NCBI RefSeq assembly: GCF_003334355.1
Contig: NZ_QOWP01000010.1
DNA length: 64,000 bases
Origin: Escherichia coli
GTDB lineage: Bacteria; Pseudomonadota; Gammaproteobacteria; Enterobacterales; Enterobacteriaceae
Strand: one strand, 5' to 3'
The notes under the pieces were generated by a model. That model ran no database searches. It saw only the letters and a program-made list of their open reading frames with translations, and was not told where the DNA came from. Positions 48,356 through 63,124 of the stretch are shown one piece after another (the stretch's first letter is position 1; each line of letters starts with the position of its first letter). A program made the translations under genes and the position numbers.

Positions 48356-49057
48356 ATGAAAACTTGCATAACAAAGGGAATTGTGACCGTAAGTTTAACG
48401 GCAATATTACTCAGCTGCTCATCCGCATGGGCGGCAGGTAAAGGCGGGATTGGACTTGCAGCAACACGTCTTGTTTATTCAGAAGGTGAAGAGCAAATTT
48501 CACTGGGTGTACGTAACACCAGTCCGGATGTTCCTTATCTTATTCAGTCATGGGTGATGACCCCAGATAATAAAAAATCAGCAGACTTTATTATTACACC
48601 ACCGCTATTTGTGCTGAATCCGGCAAATGAGAATCTGTTACGCGTTATGTACATTGGAGCGCCGTTGGCGAAAGACAGAGAAACCCTTTTCTTCACTAGC
48701 GTACGGGCAGTCCCTTCAACAACGAAGCGGAAAGAGGGAAATACCCTGAAGATTGCCACACAAAGCGTCATCAAACTTTTCTGGCGACCAAAAGGTTTAG
48801 CGTATCCCTTAGGCGAGGCTCCGGCGAAACTGCGTTGCACTTCGTCAGCTGACATGGTTACGGTCAGTAACCCAACACCTTATTTCATTACCCTGACAGA
48901 CCTGAAAATAGGTGGAAAAGTAGTTAAAAATCAAATGATTTCCCCCTTTGATAAATACCAATTTTCTCTGCCAAAGGGGGCCAAAAATAGCAGCGTAACG
49001 TATCGAACCATCAATGACTACGGGGCGGAAACGCCGCAACTCAACTGTAAATCGTAA
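48356..49057 (+). CDS. elfD: periplasmic pilus chaperone (PapD-like)
   Basis: 233-aa ORF with signal peptide and chaperone fold motifs. Confidence 0.85.
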   Translation: MKTCITKGIVTVSLTAILLSCSSAWAAGKGGIGLAATRLVYSEGEEQISLGVRNTSPDVPYLIQSWVMTPDNKKSADFIITPPLFVLNPANENLLRVMYIGAPLAKDRETLFFTSVRAVPSTTKRKEGNTLKIATQSVIKLFWRPKGLAYPLGEAPAKLRCTSSADMVTVSNPTPYFITLTDLKIGGKVVKNQMISPFDKYQFSLPKGAKNSSVTYRTINDYGAETPQLNCKS

Positions 49058-49081
49058 GCCGTCTTCAGTTAAGAGAGCGAG

Positions 49082-52743
<3,662 letters not shown>

Positions 52744-52754
52744 CGCGTGAACGT

Positions 52755-53297
52755 ATGAAGAAAAAAACGATATTTCAGTGCGTTATCTTGTTCTTTAGCA
52801 TTCTTAACATCCATGTCGGGATGGCTGGGCCTGAACAAGTTAGTATGCATATTTATGGGAATGTGGTCGATCAGGGCTGTGATGTCGCCACCAAAAGTGC
52901 ATTACAAAATATTCATATTGGTGATTTTAATATCAGTGATTTTCAGGCCGCGAATACCGTAAGCACTGCTGCTGATTTGAATATCGATATCACCGGTTGT
53001 GCCGCTGGTATTACTGGCGCGGACGTCCTTTTTAGCGGCGAGGCTGACACCCTTGCGCCGACACTGCTCAAACTAACTGATACAGGCGGAAGCGGTGGTA
53101 TGGCAACGGGGATTGCCGTGCAAATTCTTGATGCGCAAAGTCAGCAAGAAATCCCGCTCAATCAGGTCCAGCCTCTTACGCCCTTAAAAGCCGGGGATAA
53201 CACACTCAAATATCAACTTCGTTATAAGTCCACAAAGGCGGGAGCAACGGGCGGTAATGCGACGGCGGTTCTCTATTTTGATCTGGTTTACCAGTGA
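52755..53297 (+). CDS. ycbU: fimbrial subunit-like protein
   Basis: 180-aa ORF with signal peptide and fimbrial C-terminal motif. Confidence 0.8.
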   Translation: MKKKTIFQCVILFFSILNIHVGMAGPEQVSMHIYGNVVDQGCDVATKSALQNIHIGDFNISDFQAANTVSTAADLNIDITGCAAGITGADVLFSGEADTLAPTLLKLTDTGGSGGMATGIAVQILDAQSQQEIPLNQVQPLTPLKAGDNTLKYQLRYKSTKAGATGGNATAVLYFDLVYQ

Positions 53298-53304
53298 AAG
53301 AGTG

Positions 53305-53820
53305 ATGTTGAAACGGATAATCTGGATTCTGTTCTTATTGGGATTAACGTGGGGCTGTGAGCTATTTGCCCATGATGGCACGGTCAACATTAGCGGATCG
53401 TTTCGCCGTAATACATGCGTGCTGGCACAGGATAGCAAGCAAATCAATGTGCAGTTAGGCGATGTCTCGCTGACACGTTTTTCTCATGGGAATTATGGCC
53501 CGGAGAAATCTTTCATCATTAATTTGCAGGATTGCGGAACAGATGTCAGCACGGTTGACGTCACCTTTTCAGGAACCCCCGACGGAGTGCAGAGCGAAAT
53601 GTTGTCCATTGAAAGTGGTACGGATGCAGCCAGCGGGCTGGCAATTGCGATTCTGGATGATGCGAAGATATTGATTCCGCTTAACCAGGCGAGTAAAGAC
53701 TACAGCCTACATAGCGGTAAGGTGCCATTAACTTTTTATGCGCAATTGCGACCTGTCAATAGCGATGTGCAGTCGGGTAAAGTGAATGCCAGCGCGACAT
53801 TTGTACTTCATTATGACTAA
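53305..53820 (+). CDS. ycbV: fimbrial subunit-like protein
   Basis: Trimmed to the ATG at 53305 (MLKRIIWILFLLGL, 171 aa). Confidence 0.75.
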   Translation: MLKRIIWILFLLGLTWGCELFAHDGTVNISGSFRRNTCVLAQDSKQINVQLGDVSLTRFSHGNYGPEKSFIINLQDCGTDVSTVDVTFSGTPDGVQSEMLSIESGTDAASGLAIAILDDAKILIPLNQASKDYSLHSGKVPLTFYAQLRPVNSDVQSGKVNASATFVLHYD

Positions 53821-54523
53821 TACGTGGAACAGATTGGCGCTCTTGATTTTCGCCGTTTTATCGCTGCTGGTGGCGGGTGAATTGCAGGCAGGAGTGGTGG
53901 TCGGCGGAACGCGATTTATCTTTCCGGCAGACAGAGAATCGATATCTATTTTACTGACTAATACCAGTCAGGAATCCTGGCTTATTAACAGTAAAATCAA
54001 CCGCCCAACGCGTTGGGCCGGGGGGGAAGCGTCGACAGTGCCAGCACCATTACTGGCCGCTCCGCCACTTATTCTCCTGAAGCCCGGTACGACAGGCACG
54101 TTGCGCTTGCTGAGAACGGAAAGCGACATCTTGCCTGTGGATCGCGAAACGCTATTTGAGTTAAGCATTGCCAGCGTGCCATCCGGCAAAGTTGAAAATC
54201 AGAGCGTAAAAGTGGCGATGCGCTCGGTATTTAAACTGTTCTGGCGACCCGAAGGTTTGCCGGGCGACCCGCTGGAAGCTTATCAACAATTACGCTGGAC
54301 ACGGAATTCGCAGGGTGTACAACTCACTAACCCAACGCCTTATTACATTAACCTGATTCAGGTGAGTGTAAATGGTAAAGCGTTAAGTAATGTGGGAGTT
54401 GTGCCGCCTAAAAGCCAGCGTCAGACAAGCTGGTGTCAGGCAATCGCACCGTGTCATGTCGCCTGGCGGGCGATAAATGATTACGGCGGGTTGAGTGCAA
54501 AGAAGGAGCAAAATCTGCCCTGA
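53813..54523 (+). CDS. ycbF: periplasmic pilus chaperone (second chaperone of the operon)
   Basis: Trimmed to the ATG at 53813 (MTNTWNRLALLIFAVLSL, 236 aa); PapD-like. Confidence 0.8.
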   Translation: MTNTWNRLALLIFAVLSLLVAGELQAGVVVGGTRFIFPADRESISILLTNTSQESWLINSKINRPTRWAGGEASTVPAPLLAAPPLILLKPGTTGTLRLLRTESDILPVDRETLFELSIASVPSGKVENQSVKVAMRSVFKLFWRPEGLPGDPLEAYQQLRWTRNSQGVQLTNPTPYYINLIQVSVNGKALSNVGVVPPKSQRQTSWCQAIAPCHVAWRAINDYGGLSAKKEQNLP

Positions 54524-54532
54524 AACAGGTTC

Positions 54533-54548
54533 GGAAAACGTTTGCGTT
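54533..54548. promoter_or_regulatory. PurR box upstream of pyrD
   Basis: ggaaaacgtttgcgtt: its complement aACGCAAACGTTTTCc matches the 16-bp PurR operator consensus (ACGCAAACGTTTTCNT). Confidence 0.6.
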
Positions 54549-54633
54549 TTTTTTGCCGCAGGTCAATTCCCTTTTGGTCCGAACTCGCACATAATACGCC
54601 CCCGGTTTGCACACCGGGAATCCAGGAGAGTTC

Positions 54634-55644
54634 ATGTACTACCCCTTCGTTCGTAAAGCCCTTTTCCAGCTCGATCCAGAGCGCGCTCATGAGTTTACTT
54701 TTCAGCAATTACGCCGTATTACAGGAACGCCGTTTGAAGCACTGGTGCGGCAGAAAGTGCCTGCGAAACCTGTTAACTGCATGGGCCTGACGTTTAAAAA
54801 TCCGCTTGGTCTGGCAGCCGGTCTTGATAAAGACGGGGAGTGCATTGACGCGTTAGGCGCGATGGGATTTGGATCGATCGAGATCGGTACCGTCACGCCA
54901 CGTCCACAGCCAGGTAATGACAAGCCGCGTCTCTTTCGTCTGGTAGATGCCGAAGGTTTGATCAACCGTATGGGCTTTAATAATCTTGGCGTTGATAACC
55001 TCGTAGAGAACGTAAAAAAGGCCCATTATGACGGCGTCCTGGGTATTAACATCGGCAAAAATAAAGATACGCCAGTGGAGCAGGGCAAAGATGACTATCT
55101 GATTTGTATGGAAAAAATCTATGCCTATGCGGGATATATCGCCATCAATATTTCATCGCCGAATACCCCAGGATTACGCACGCTGCAATATGGTGAAGCG
55201 CTGGATGATCTCTTAACCGCGATTAAAAATAAGCAAAATGATTTGCAAGCGATGCACCATAAATATGTGCCGATCGCAGTGAAGATCGCGCCGGATCTTT
55301 CTGAAGAAGAATTGATCCAGGTTGCCGATAGTTTAGTTCGCCATAATATTGATGGCGTTATTGCAACCAATACCACACTCGATCGTTCTCTTGTTCAGGG
55401 AATGAAAAATTGCGATCAAACCGGTGGCTTAAGTGGTCGTCCGCTTCAGTTAAAAAGCACCGAAATTATTCGCCGCTTGTCACTGGAATTAAACGGTCGC
55501 TTACCGATCATCGGTGTTGGCGGCATCGACTCGGTTATCGCTGCGCGTGAAAAGATTGCTGCGGGTGCCTCACTGGTGCAAATTTATTCTGGTTTTATTT
55601 TTAAAGGTCCGCCGCTGATTAAAGAAATCGTTACCCATATCTAA
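54634..55644 (+). CDS. pyrD: dihydroorotate dehydrogenase (quinone)
   Basis: Trimmed to the ATG at 54634 ([23 protein letters not shown], 336 aa). Confidence 0.95.
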
Positions 55645-55676
55645 TTATTTCTTCGAATTCCTCTTTATAAGATAAT

Positions 55677-55707
55677 CAGGGCTTTATTTTCAGCCCTGGT
55701 TGTTTTA
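55677..55707 (+). terminator. pyrD rho-independent terminator
   Basis: cagggct/ttattttc/agccctg perfect 7-bp stem followed by gttgtttta. Confidence 0.55.
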
Positions 55708-55817
55708 TATTCATCTCTGTTGCTTATTTAGACATTTTGTACTTTTATTGTTGAGGTTATTAAGCGAAGCGACAATGGATTGTGTTGCTGCGGTTTTATA
55801 GGGTAGGGGAGAGGCAG

Positions 55818-56360
55818 ATGCGAATTAAACCAGACGATAACTGGCGTTGGTATTACGATGAAGAGCACGATCGAATGATGCTCGATTTAGCCAATGGTAT
55901 GCTATTTCGCTCACGTTTTGCGCGCAAGATGTTGACTCCAGATGCCTTTTCTCCCGCAGGCTTTTGCGTTGACGACGCCGCGCTCTATTTCTCTTTTGAA
56001 GAAAAGTGCCGCGATTTTAATTTATCTAAAGAACAAAAAGCCGAACTGGTGCTGAATGCACTGGTAGCAATTCGCTATCTCAAACCGCAAATGCCGAAAA
56101 GCTGGCATTTTGTTTCCCATGGTGAAATGTGGGTGCCCATGCCGGGCGATGCGGCCTGCGTTTGGTTGAGCGATACTCACGAGCAGGTCAATTTGCTGGT
56201 CGTTGAATCTGGCGAAAATGCCGCACTATGCCTGCTGGCACAACCCTGCGTTGTTATTGCGGGTCGCGCGATGCAGTTGGGCGACGCCATTAAAATCATG
56301 AACGACAGGCTGAAACCGCAGGTTAATGTTGACAGCTTCAGCCTCGAACAGGCAGTCTAA
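55818..56360 (+). CDS. zapC: cell division protein ZapC
   Basis: Trimmed to the ATG at 55818 ([24 protein letters not shown], 180 aa). Confidence 0.9.
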
Positions 56361-57466
56361 CGCGCCAACTTAAGTGCAGTCTTCGGTACACAGCTACAGC
56401 AAAGAATGGTGCCATCATCGCCCATTGCTGATTTTTTCAGCGGCGTGACTTCGCCTTCTAAAAGCTGAACACGGCAACTTCCACAAATGCCCGCGCGGCA
56501 AGAATAAGGGATACGAATTCCCTGATTTTCTAATTGCTCCAGCAACACCTGTTGGTTATTTCCACGAAATGCCTGTCCCTGCCAGTCAATATCTACATTT
56601 GCGTCCGGTTGTTGCGTGATGTTGGCGGTATCATCAGCGGCAGCTGCGCCGTAAATTTTTGCCGGAGCCGTTGCCAGAATTTCCACCTCATCGCCAACGC
56701 GAATCACGCCGCTATTACGGGCAATTAAATTCTGACCAAAATCGACATCGCCGTTATCCTGGGCAGTGCGGAAAGATTGCAATGTTTTTAATGGTTCGCC
56801 TGCCGGATGTTTTTGCCCTTTTTCTGGGCTGACGGTGGTGAAAATACAGCGGCTACAAGGTTTAACCACATCAAACACCACATCACCAATGCGAATCACT
56901 TTCCAGCGATCTTCTTCCCAGGCTGACGCGCCGGAAACCACCAGATTGGGGCGGAATTGCTCCATTTTTACACTGGCCGGACAACGTTGTTGGAGATCAC
57001 GTAACGAGGCTTCGTTAGCAAGAAGGTAAGGATAGCCATCAGCAAATGACAGAGGTACAGTGTTGTGGCGTTTCACGCGCCGGGTCATTTGTGGCCCCAC
57101 CCAGCGTAATTGCACTTCGCGGGAGAAAAATCCACTTAGCCATTTGTTGATCGCGTCTGGCGCAATTCGCGCGGTAAAATGTGTGCCCCAAACTTCGGTT
57201 GGTGCGTCTTGTGTGGCGAAATCAGCAAAACGAACATATGCGCTACTGCCATCTGGTGCGGTGAGATGCAAGCCATCATGCACAGGTGAAGGAGTAAACC
57301 GTACCATCTGGGGAAACTGGCGAGCGGTAATAAACGTACCGTCAGGTTCCGTGATCATAAAGATGCGATCGAAGGCCAGACCACTGACATCTGCCAGAGC
57401 ATGTGTAAGACCAATGCCGCGCATCGATTTAACAGGATGAATAAAAAGCCGGATTAATGTCGCCAC
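56357..57466 (-). CDS. ycbX: MOSC-domain protein with C-terminal 2Fe-2S ferredoxin-like domain
   Basis: 369-aa ORF starting at a GTG (complement cac at 57464-57466); [17 protein letters not shown]; C-terminal Cys cluster CRAGICGSC. Confidence 0.85.
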
Positions 57467-57503
57467 GGTGCGGTCCTCAAATGAAAATAAGCCCTCAACT
57501 TTA

Positions 57504-57530
57504 TGACATGACGCGCTTATTAGCTATAAT
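57504..57530 (+). promoter_or_regulatory. candidate sigma70 promoter (TGACAT / TATAAT) facing rlmL
   Basis: tgacat (57504-57509), 15-bp spacer, perfect -10 hexamer tataat (57525-57530); about 180 bp upstream of rlmL. Confidence 0.3.
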
Positions 57531-57709
57531 GCGCAACAATTTTCTTAGCGCCTGTCCCATTAGGCTATTTTATTTGTCAGTTTGGCCCTGGGTTATGCTC
57601 GAAATCCTCACGTACTTGTGTACGCTCCGGTTTCTCCGCGCTGTCCATGTCCAGACTGACTGCAACAATTACGCCTACTGCGGTAGGCTCTTAGAGTAAA
57701 AGTGACGAT

Positions 57710-59818
57710 ATGAATTCTCTGTTTGCCAGTACGGCCCGTGGGCTGGAAGAGCTGTTAAAAACTGAACTGGAAAACCTGGGGGCCGTTGAATGCCAGGTGG
57801 TTCAGGGTGGGGTCCATTTCAAGGGCGACACACGGCTTGTTTACCAGAGCCTGATGTGGAGCCGCCTGGCCTCGCGTATTATGTTGCCGCTGGGCGAGTG
57901 TAAGGTTTACAGCGATTTAGACCTCTATCTCGGTGTTCAGGCGATCAACTGGACAGAGATGTTTAATCCTGGCGCGACCTTCGCTGTCCACTTCAGTGGT
58001 TTGAATGACACCATCCGCAACAGTCAGTACGGCGCGATGAAAGTGAAAGACGCGATCGTCGATGCTTTCACGCGGAAAAATCTGCCGCGTCCAAATGTTG
58101 ATCGCGATGCGCCGGATATCCGCGTTAACGTCTGGCTGCATAAAGAAACCGCCAGTATCGCTCTTGATCTGAGTGGTGATGGTTTACATCTGCGTGGCTA
58201 TCGCGATCGTGCTGGTATTGCGCCGATCAAAGAAACCCTGGCAGCCGCTATTGTGATGCGATCCGGCTGGCAGCCAGGAACACCGCTGCTCGATCCGATG
58301 TGTGGTTCCGGTACGTTGCTGATTGAAGCAGCGATGCTGGCGACCGATCGCGCACCAGGCTTGCACCGTGGGCGTTGGGGCTTTAGCGGCTGGGCGCAGC
58401 ATGATGAAGCTATCTGGCAGGAAGTGAAAGCGGAAGCGCAAACTCGCGCCCGTAAAGGCCTGGCTGAGTATAGCTCTCATTTTTACGGTTCGGACAGCGA
58501 CGCACGGGTGATTCAACGTGCACGCACTAACGCCCGTCTTGCGGGGATTGGTGAACTGATCACCTTTGAGGTGAAAGATGTCGCGCAACTGACCAATCCG
58601 CTGCCGAAAGGGCCGTACGGCACAGTGTTGAGCAACCCGCCATACGGGGAACGTCTGGACAGCGAACCGGCGCTGATTGCGCTGCATAGCCTGCTGGGTC
58701 GGATCATGAAAAACCAGTTTGGTGGCTGGAATCTCTCTTTGTTTAGTGCCTCGCCGGATCTGCTAAGCTGCTTGCAGCTGCGTGCAGACAAACAGTACAA
58801 GGCGAAAAACGGCCCGCTGGACTGCGTACAGAAAAATTACCACGTTGCCGAAAGCACTCCAGACAGCAAACCGGCGATGGTAGCGGAAGACTACACCAAC
58901 CGCCTGCGTAAGAACCTCAAAAAATTCGAGAAGTGGGCTCGCCAGGAAGGGATTGAATGTTACCGCCTGTATGACGCCGATCTGCCAGAATATAACGTTG
59001 CCGTTGACCGTTATGCCGACTGGGTGGTGGTGCAGGAGTATGCGCCGCCAAAAACTATTGATGCTCACAAAGCGCGTCAGCGTCTGTTCGATATTATCGC
59101 TGCAACCATTTCGGTACTGGGGATTGCGCCAAACAAACTGGTGCTGAAAACCCGTGAACGCCAGAAGGGCAAAAACCAATACCAGAAACTGGGCGAGAAG
59201 GGCGAGTTTCTTGAAGTTACCGAATATAACGCTCACTTGTGGGTGAACCTGACGGATTATCTCGATACTGGTCTGTTCCTCGATCACCGCATCGCCCGTC
59301 GTATGCTCGGTCAGATGAGCAAAGGCAAAGATTTCCTCAACCTGTTCTCTTATACCGGCAGCGCCACCGTGCATGCGGGATTAGGCGGTGCACGCAGCAC
59401 CACCACCGTGGATATGTCGCGTACTTATCTGGAATGGGCAGAACGCAACCTGCGTCTGAATGGCCTGACCGGGCGTGCGCATCGCCTGATTCAGGCCGAT
59501 TGCCTGGCGTGGCTGCGTGAGGCAAATGAACAGTTCGATCTGATCTTTATCGATCCGCCAACCTTCTCTAACTCAAAACGAATGGAAGATGCGTTTGATG
59601 TTCAGCGCGATCATCTGGCGCTGATGAAAGATTTGAAACGTCTGCTGCGTGCAGGTGGGACGATCATGTTCTCGAACAACAAACGTGGCTTCCGTATGGA
59701 TCTCGACGGCCTGGCAAAACTGGGACTGAAAGCACAAGAAATTACGCAAAAAACGCTCTCCCAGGATTTCGCCCGTAACCGCCAGATCCACAACTGCTGG
59801 CTGATTACCGCAGCCTGA
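57710..59818 (+). CDS. rlmL: bifunctional 23S rRNA methyltransferase (m2G2445 / m7G2069)
   Basis: 702-aa ORF; THUMP domain plus two methyltransferase domains; [25 protein letters not shown]. Confidence 0.93.
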   Translation: MNSLFASTARGLEELLKTELENLGAVECQVVQGGVHFKGDTRLVYQSLMWSRLASRIMLPLGECKVYSDLDLYLGVQAINWTEMFNPGATFAVHFSGLNDTIRNSQYGAMKVKDAIVDAFTRKNLPRPNVDRDAPDIRVNVWLHKETASIALDLSGDGLHLRGYRDRAGIAPIKETLAAAIVMRSGWQPGTPLLDPMCGSGTLLIEAAMLATDRAPGLHRGRWGFSGWAQHDEAIWQEVKAEAQTRARKGLAEYSSHFYGSDSDARVIQRARTNARLAGIGELITFEVKDVAQLTNPLPKGPYGTVLSNPPYGERLDSEPALIALHSLLGRIMKNQFGGWNLSLFSASPDLLSCLQLRADKQYKAKNGPLDCVQKNYHVAESTPDSKPAMVAEDYTNRLRKNLKKFEKWARQEGIECYRLYDADLPEYNVAVDRYADWVVVQEYAPPKTIDAHKARQRLFDIIAATISVLGIAPNKLVLKTRERQKGKNQYQKLGEKGEFLEVTEYNAHLWVNLTDYLDTGLFLDHRIARRMLGQMSKGKDFLNLFSYTGSATVHAGLGGARSTTTVDMSRTYLEWAERNLRLNGLTGRAHRLIQADCLAWLREANEQFDLIFIDPPTFSNSKRMEDAFDVQRDHLALMKDLKRLLRAGGTIMFSNNKRGFRMDLDGLAKLGLKAQEITQKTLSQDFARNRQIHNCWLITAA

Positions 59819-59829
59819 AAGGAATAGTA

Positions 59830-61737
59830 ATGTCATTAATCAGTATGCATGGCGCATGGCTGTCGTTCAGCGACGCGCCGCTTCTCGATAACGCAGAACT
59901 GCATATCGAAGATAACGAACGTGTTTGTCTGGTGGGCCGCAACGGCGCAGGCAAATCGACGTTAATGAAAATCCTCAACCGTGAACAAGGGCTGGATGAC
60001 GGTCGCATTATTTACGAGCAAGATTTGATTGTAGCGCGTCTGCAACAGGATCCGCCGCGTAACGTTGAGGGTAGCGTTTATGATTTCGTTGCCGAAGGCA
60101 TTGAAGAACAAGCGGAATATCTGAAACGCTATCACGATATTTCGCGCCTGGTGATGAACGACCCGAGCGAGAAAAATCTCAACGAACTGGCGAAGGTTCA
60201 GGAACAGCTGGATCACCACAACCTGTGGCAGCTGGAAAACCGCATCAACGAAGTGCTGGCGCAACTGGGGTTAGATCCTAACGTTGCGCTGTCGTCGCTT
60301 TCCGGCGGCTGGTTGCGTAAAGCGGCATTAGGACGCGCGCTGGTGAGTAATCCGCGCGTGCTGTTGCTTGATGAACCGACAAACCACCTGGATATTGAAA
60401 CCATCGACTGGCTGGAAGGGTTTTTGAAAACTTTCAACGGGACGATTATTTTCATCTCCCACGACCGTTCGTTTATCCGCAATATGGCGACGCGCATTGT
60501 TGATCTCGATCGCGGCAAGCTGGTGACCTATCCAGGGAATTACGACCAGTACCTGCTGGAAAAAGAAGAAGCCCTGCGCGTGGAAGAATTACAAAATGCC
60601 GAGTTCGATCGCAAACTGGCGCAGGAAGAGGTGTGGATCCGCCAGGGGATCAAAGCACGCCGTACCCGTAATGAAGGCCGCGTACGCGCCCTGAAAGCGA
60701 TGCGTCGCGAACGTGGTGAACGTCGCGAAGTGATGGGTACCGCAAAGATGCAGGTGGAAGAGGCCAGCCGCTCCGGTAAAATCGTTTTCGAAATGGAAGA
60801 CGTTTGCTACCAGGTTAACGGTAAGCAACTGGTGAAAGATTTTTCTGCCCAGGTTCTACGTGGCGACAAAATTGCCCTGATTGGTCCGAATGGGTGCGGC
60901 AAAACCACGCTGCTAAAACTGATGCTCGGTCAGCTTCAAGCGGACAGCGGGCGTATTCACGTTGGCACCAAACTGGAAGTGGCTTATTTCGATCAGCACC
61001 GCGCGGAACTGGATCCCGATAAAACGGTGATGGATAACCTTGCCGAAGGTAAGCAAGAGGTGATGGTTAACGGCAAGCCACGCCACGTATTGGGCTATTT
61101 GCAGGACTTTCTGTTCCATCCGAAACGGGCGATGACGCCGGTACGTGCGCTTTCTGGCGGTGAGCGGAACCGCTTGCTGCTGGCGCGTTTGTTCCTCAAA
61201 CCAAGCAACTTATTGATTCTTGACGAACCGACCAACGATCTTGATGTCGAAACGCTGGAACTGCTGGAAGAACTGATCGACAGCTATCAGGGCACGGTAT
61301 TGCTGGTTAGCCACGATCGTCAGTTTGTCGATAACACCGTTACAGAATGTTGGATCTTCGAAGGCGGCGGTAAAATTGGTCGTTATGTCGGCGGTTATCA
61401 TGATGCCCGTGGTCAGCAAGAGCAGTATGTGGCGCTCAAACAGCCTGCGGTGAAAAAAACCGAAGAAGCCGCCGCGGCAAAAGCAGAAACTGTAAAACGC
61501 AGCAGTAGCAAACTAAGCTATAAATTGCAGCGCGAACTGGAGCAGCTACCGCAATTGCTCGAAGATCTGGAGGCGAAGCTGGAAGCCCTACAGACGCAAG
61601 TGGCGGATGCTTCCTTCTTCAGTCAGCCGCATGAGCAGACGCAAAAAGTGCTTGCTGATATGGCTGCTGCAGAGCAGGAGCTGGAGCAAGCCTTTGAACG
61701 CTGGGAGTATCTTGAAGCGTTAAAAAATGGTGGCTGA
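59830..61737 (+). CDS. uup: ABC-F family ATPase
   Basis: 635-aa ORF with two ABC cassettes (GRNGAGKST / GPNGCGKTT; LSGGWLRK / LSGGERNR) and a C-terminal coiled-coil. Confidence 0.95.
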   Translation: MSLISMHGAWLSFSDAPLLDNAELHIEDNERVCLVGRNGAGKSTLMKILNREQGLDDGRIIYEQDLIVARLQQDPPRNVEGSVYDFVAEGIEEQAEYLKRYHDISRLVMNDPSEKNLNELAKVQEQLDHHNLWQLENRINEVLAQLGLDPNVALSSLSGGWLRKAALGRALVSNPRVLLLDEPTNHLDIETIDWLEGFLKTFNGTIIFISHDRSFIRNMATRIVDLDRGKLVTYPGNYDQYLLEKEEALRVEELQNAEFDRKLAQEEVWIRQGIKARRTRNEGRVRALKAMRRERGERREVMGTAKMQVEEASRSGKIVFEMEDVCYQVNGKQLVKDFSAQVLRGDKIALIGPNGCGKTTLLKLMLGQLQADSGRIHVGTKLEVAYFDQHRAELDPDKTVMDNLAEGKQEVMVNGKPRHVLGYLQDFLFHPKRAMTPVRALSGGERNRLLLARLFLKPSNLLILDEPTNDLDVETLELLEELIDSYQGTVLLVSHDRQFVDNTVTECWIFEGGGKIGRYVGGYHDARGQQEQYVALKQPAVKKTEEAAAAKAETVKRSSSKLSYKLQRELEQLPQLLEDLEAKLEALQTQVADASFFSQPHEQTQKVLADMAAAEQELEQAFERWEYLEALKNGG

Positions 61738-61866
61738 TCGCAAAATAGTCGATTTAAACAGAGACAGCTGACAACGGTAAAATTGCCTGATGAACTGGGT
61801 TTATCAGGCATGAAAACCAACACTTTGTTAGTCATCTGTAAAATAGCGCATCATTAAGGAGTACCA

Positions 61867-63120
61867 ATGTGCGAACATCATCATGCCGCGAAGCACATCC
61901 TGTGCTCGCAGTGTGACATGCTGGTGGCGTTACCGCGCCTTGAGCATGGTCAGAAAGCGGCATGTCCCCGGTGTGGCACAACGTTAACCGTGGCGTGGGA
62001 TGCCCCTCGGCAGCGTCCCACCGCCTATGCGTTGGCTGCACTGTTCATGCTGTTGCTGTCCAACTTGTTTCCTTTTGTGAATATGAACGTTGCAGGAGTT
62101 ACCAGTGAAATTACATTACTGGAAATTCCCGGCGTGCTTTTTTCTGAGGACTACGCCAGCCTCGGCACCTTTTTCCTGTTGTTTGTGCAACTGGTTCCCG
62201 CGTTTTGTCTGATAACCATTCTGTTACTGGTGAATCGCGCGGAATTACCGGTCCGTTTAAAAGAGCAACTGGCACGGGTGCTTTTTCAACTCAAAACTTG
62301 GGGAATGGCGGAGATTTTCCTCGCTGGTGTGCTGGTCAGTTTCGTTAAACTGATGGCTTACGGCAGCATTGGGGTAGGCAGCAGCTTTCTCCCCTGGTGT
62401 TTATTTTGTGTCCTGCAACTGCGCGCTTTTCAGTGCGTTGATCGTCGCTGGTTATGGGACGACATCGCCCCGATGCCAGAACTGCGCCAGCCGCTAAAAC
62501 CAGGCGTCACGGGGATACGTCAGGGGCTGCGTTCGTGCTCCTGTTGTACGGCAATCCTTCCTGCTGATGAACCCGTGTGCCCGCGTTGTAGTACCAAAGG
62601 GTACGTTCGGCGTAGAAACAGCCTGCAGTGGACACTCGCGCTGCTTGTAACGTCCATCATGCTGTATCTTCCGGCTAATATTTTGCCCATCATGGTGACG
62701 GATTTATTAGGCTCGAAGATGCCGTCGACGATTCTCGCTGGGGTCATTCTGTTATGGAGCGAAGGCTCTTATCCCGTCGCTGCGGTGATCTTTCTGGCCA
62801 GTATTATGGTGCCAACGTTAAAGATGATCGCCATCGCGTGGCTGTGTTGGGATGCCAAAGGGCATGGCAAGCGCGACAGTGAAAGAATGCATTTGATTTA
62901 TGAAGTTGTTGAGTTTGTAGGCCGCTGGTCGATGATTGACGTTTTCGTTATCGCGGTGCTCTCGGCGCTGGTGCGTATGGGAGGTTTAATGAGTATTTAT
63001 CCGGCAATGGGTGCATTAATGTTTGCTTTAGTCGTCATAATGACAATGTTTTCTGCTATGACGTTTGACCCGCGTTTGTCGTGGGATCGTCAACCTGAAT
63101 CAGAGCATGAGGAGTCCTGA
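61867..63120 (+). CDS. pqiA: paraquat-inducible protein A (inner membrane, two zinc-ribbon/TM repeats)
   Basis: 417-aa ORF; duplicated CxxC...CxxC plus membrane-helix modules. Confidence 0.93.
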   Translation: MCEHHHAAKHILCSQCDMLVALPRLEHGQKAACPRCGTTLTVAWDAPRQRPTAYALAALFMLLLSNLFPFVNMNVAGVTSEITLLEIPGVLFSEDYASLGTFFLLFVQLVPAFCLITILLLVNRAELPVRLKEQLARVLFQLKTWGMAEIFLAGVLVSFVKLMAYGSIGVGSSFLPWCLFCVLQLRAFQCVDRRWLWDDIAPMPELRQPLKPGVTGIRQGLRSCSCCTAILPADEPVCPRCSTKGYVRRRNSLQWTLALLVTSIMLYLPANILPIMVTDLLGSKMPSTILAGVILLWSEGSYPVAAVIFLASIMVPTLKMIAIAWLCWDAKGHGKRDSERMHLIYEVVEFVGRWSMIDVFVIAVLSALVRMGGLMSIYPAMGALMFALVVIMTMFSAMTFDPRLSWDRQPESEHEES

Positions 63121-63124
63121 CAGT

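Noticed and set aside
57595-57699. 34-codon ORF ([34 protein letters not shown]) in the ycbX-rlmL spacer, part of the 80-aa track ORF 57457..57699
   Set aside because: No Shine-Dalgarno sequence, and the track ORF begins inside ycbX; I recall no known small protein here. Treated as non-coding leader unless ribosome profiling shows otherwise.
58763-59374. 203-aa minus-strand ORF inside rlmL, and 223-aa minus-strand ORF inside pqiB (63056-63727)
   Set aside because: Antisense shadows of recognised genes.
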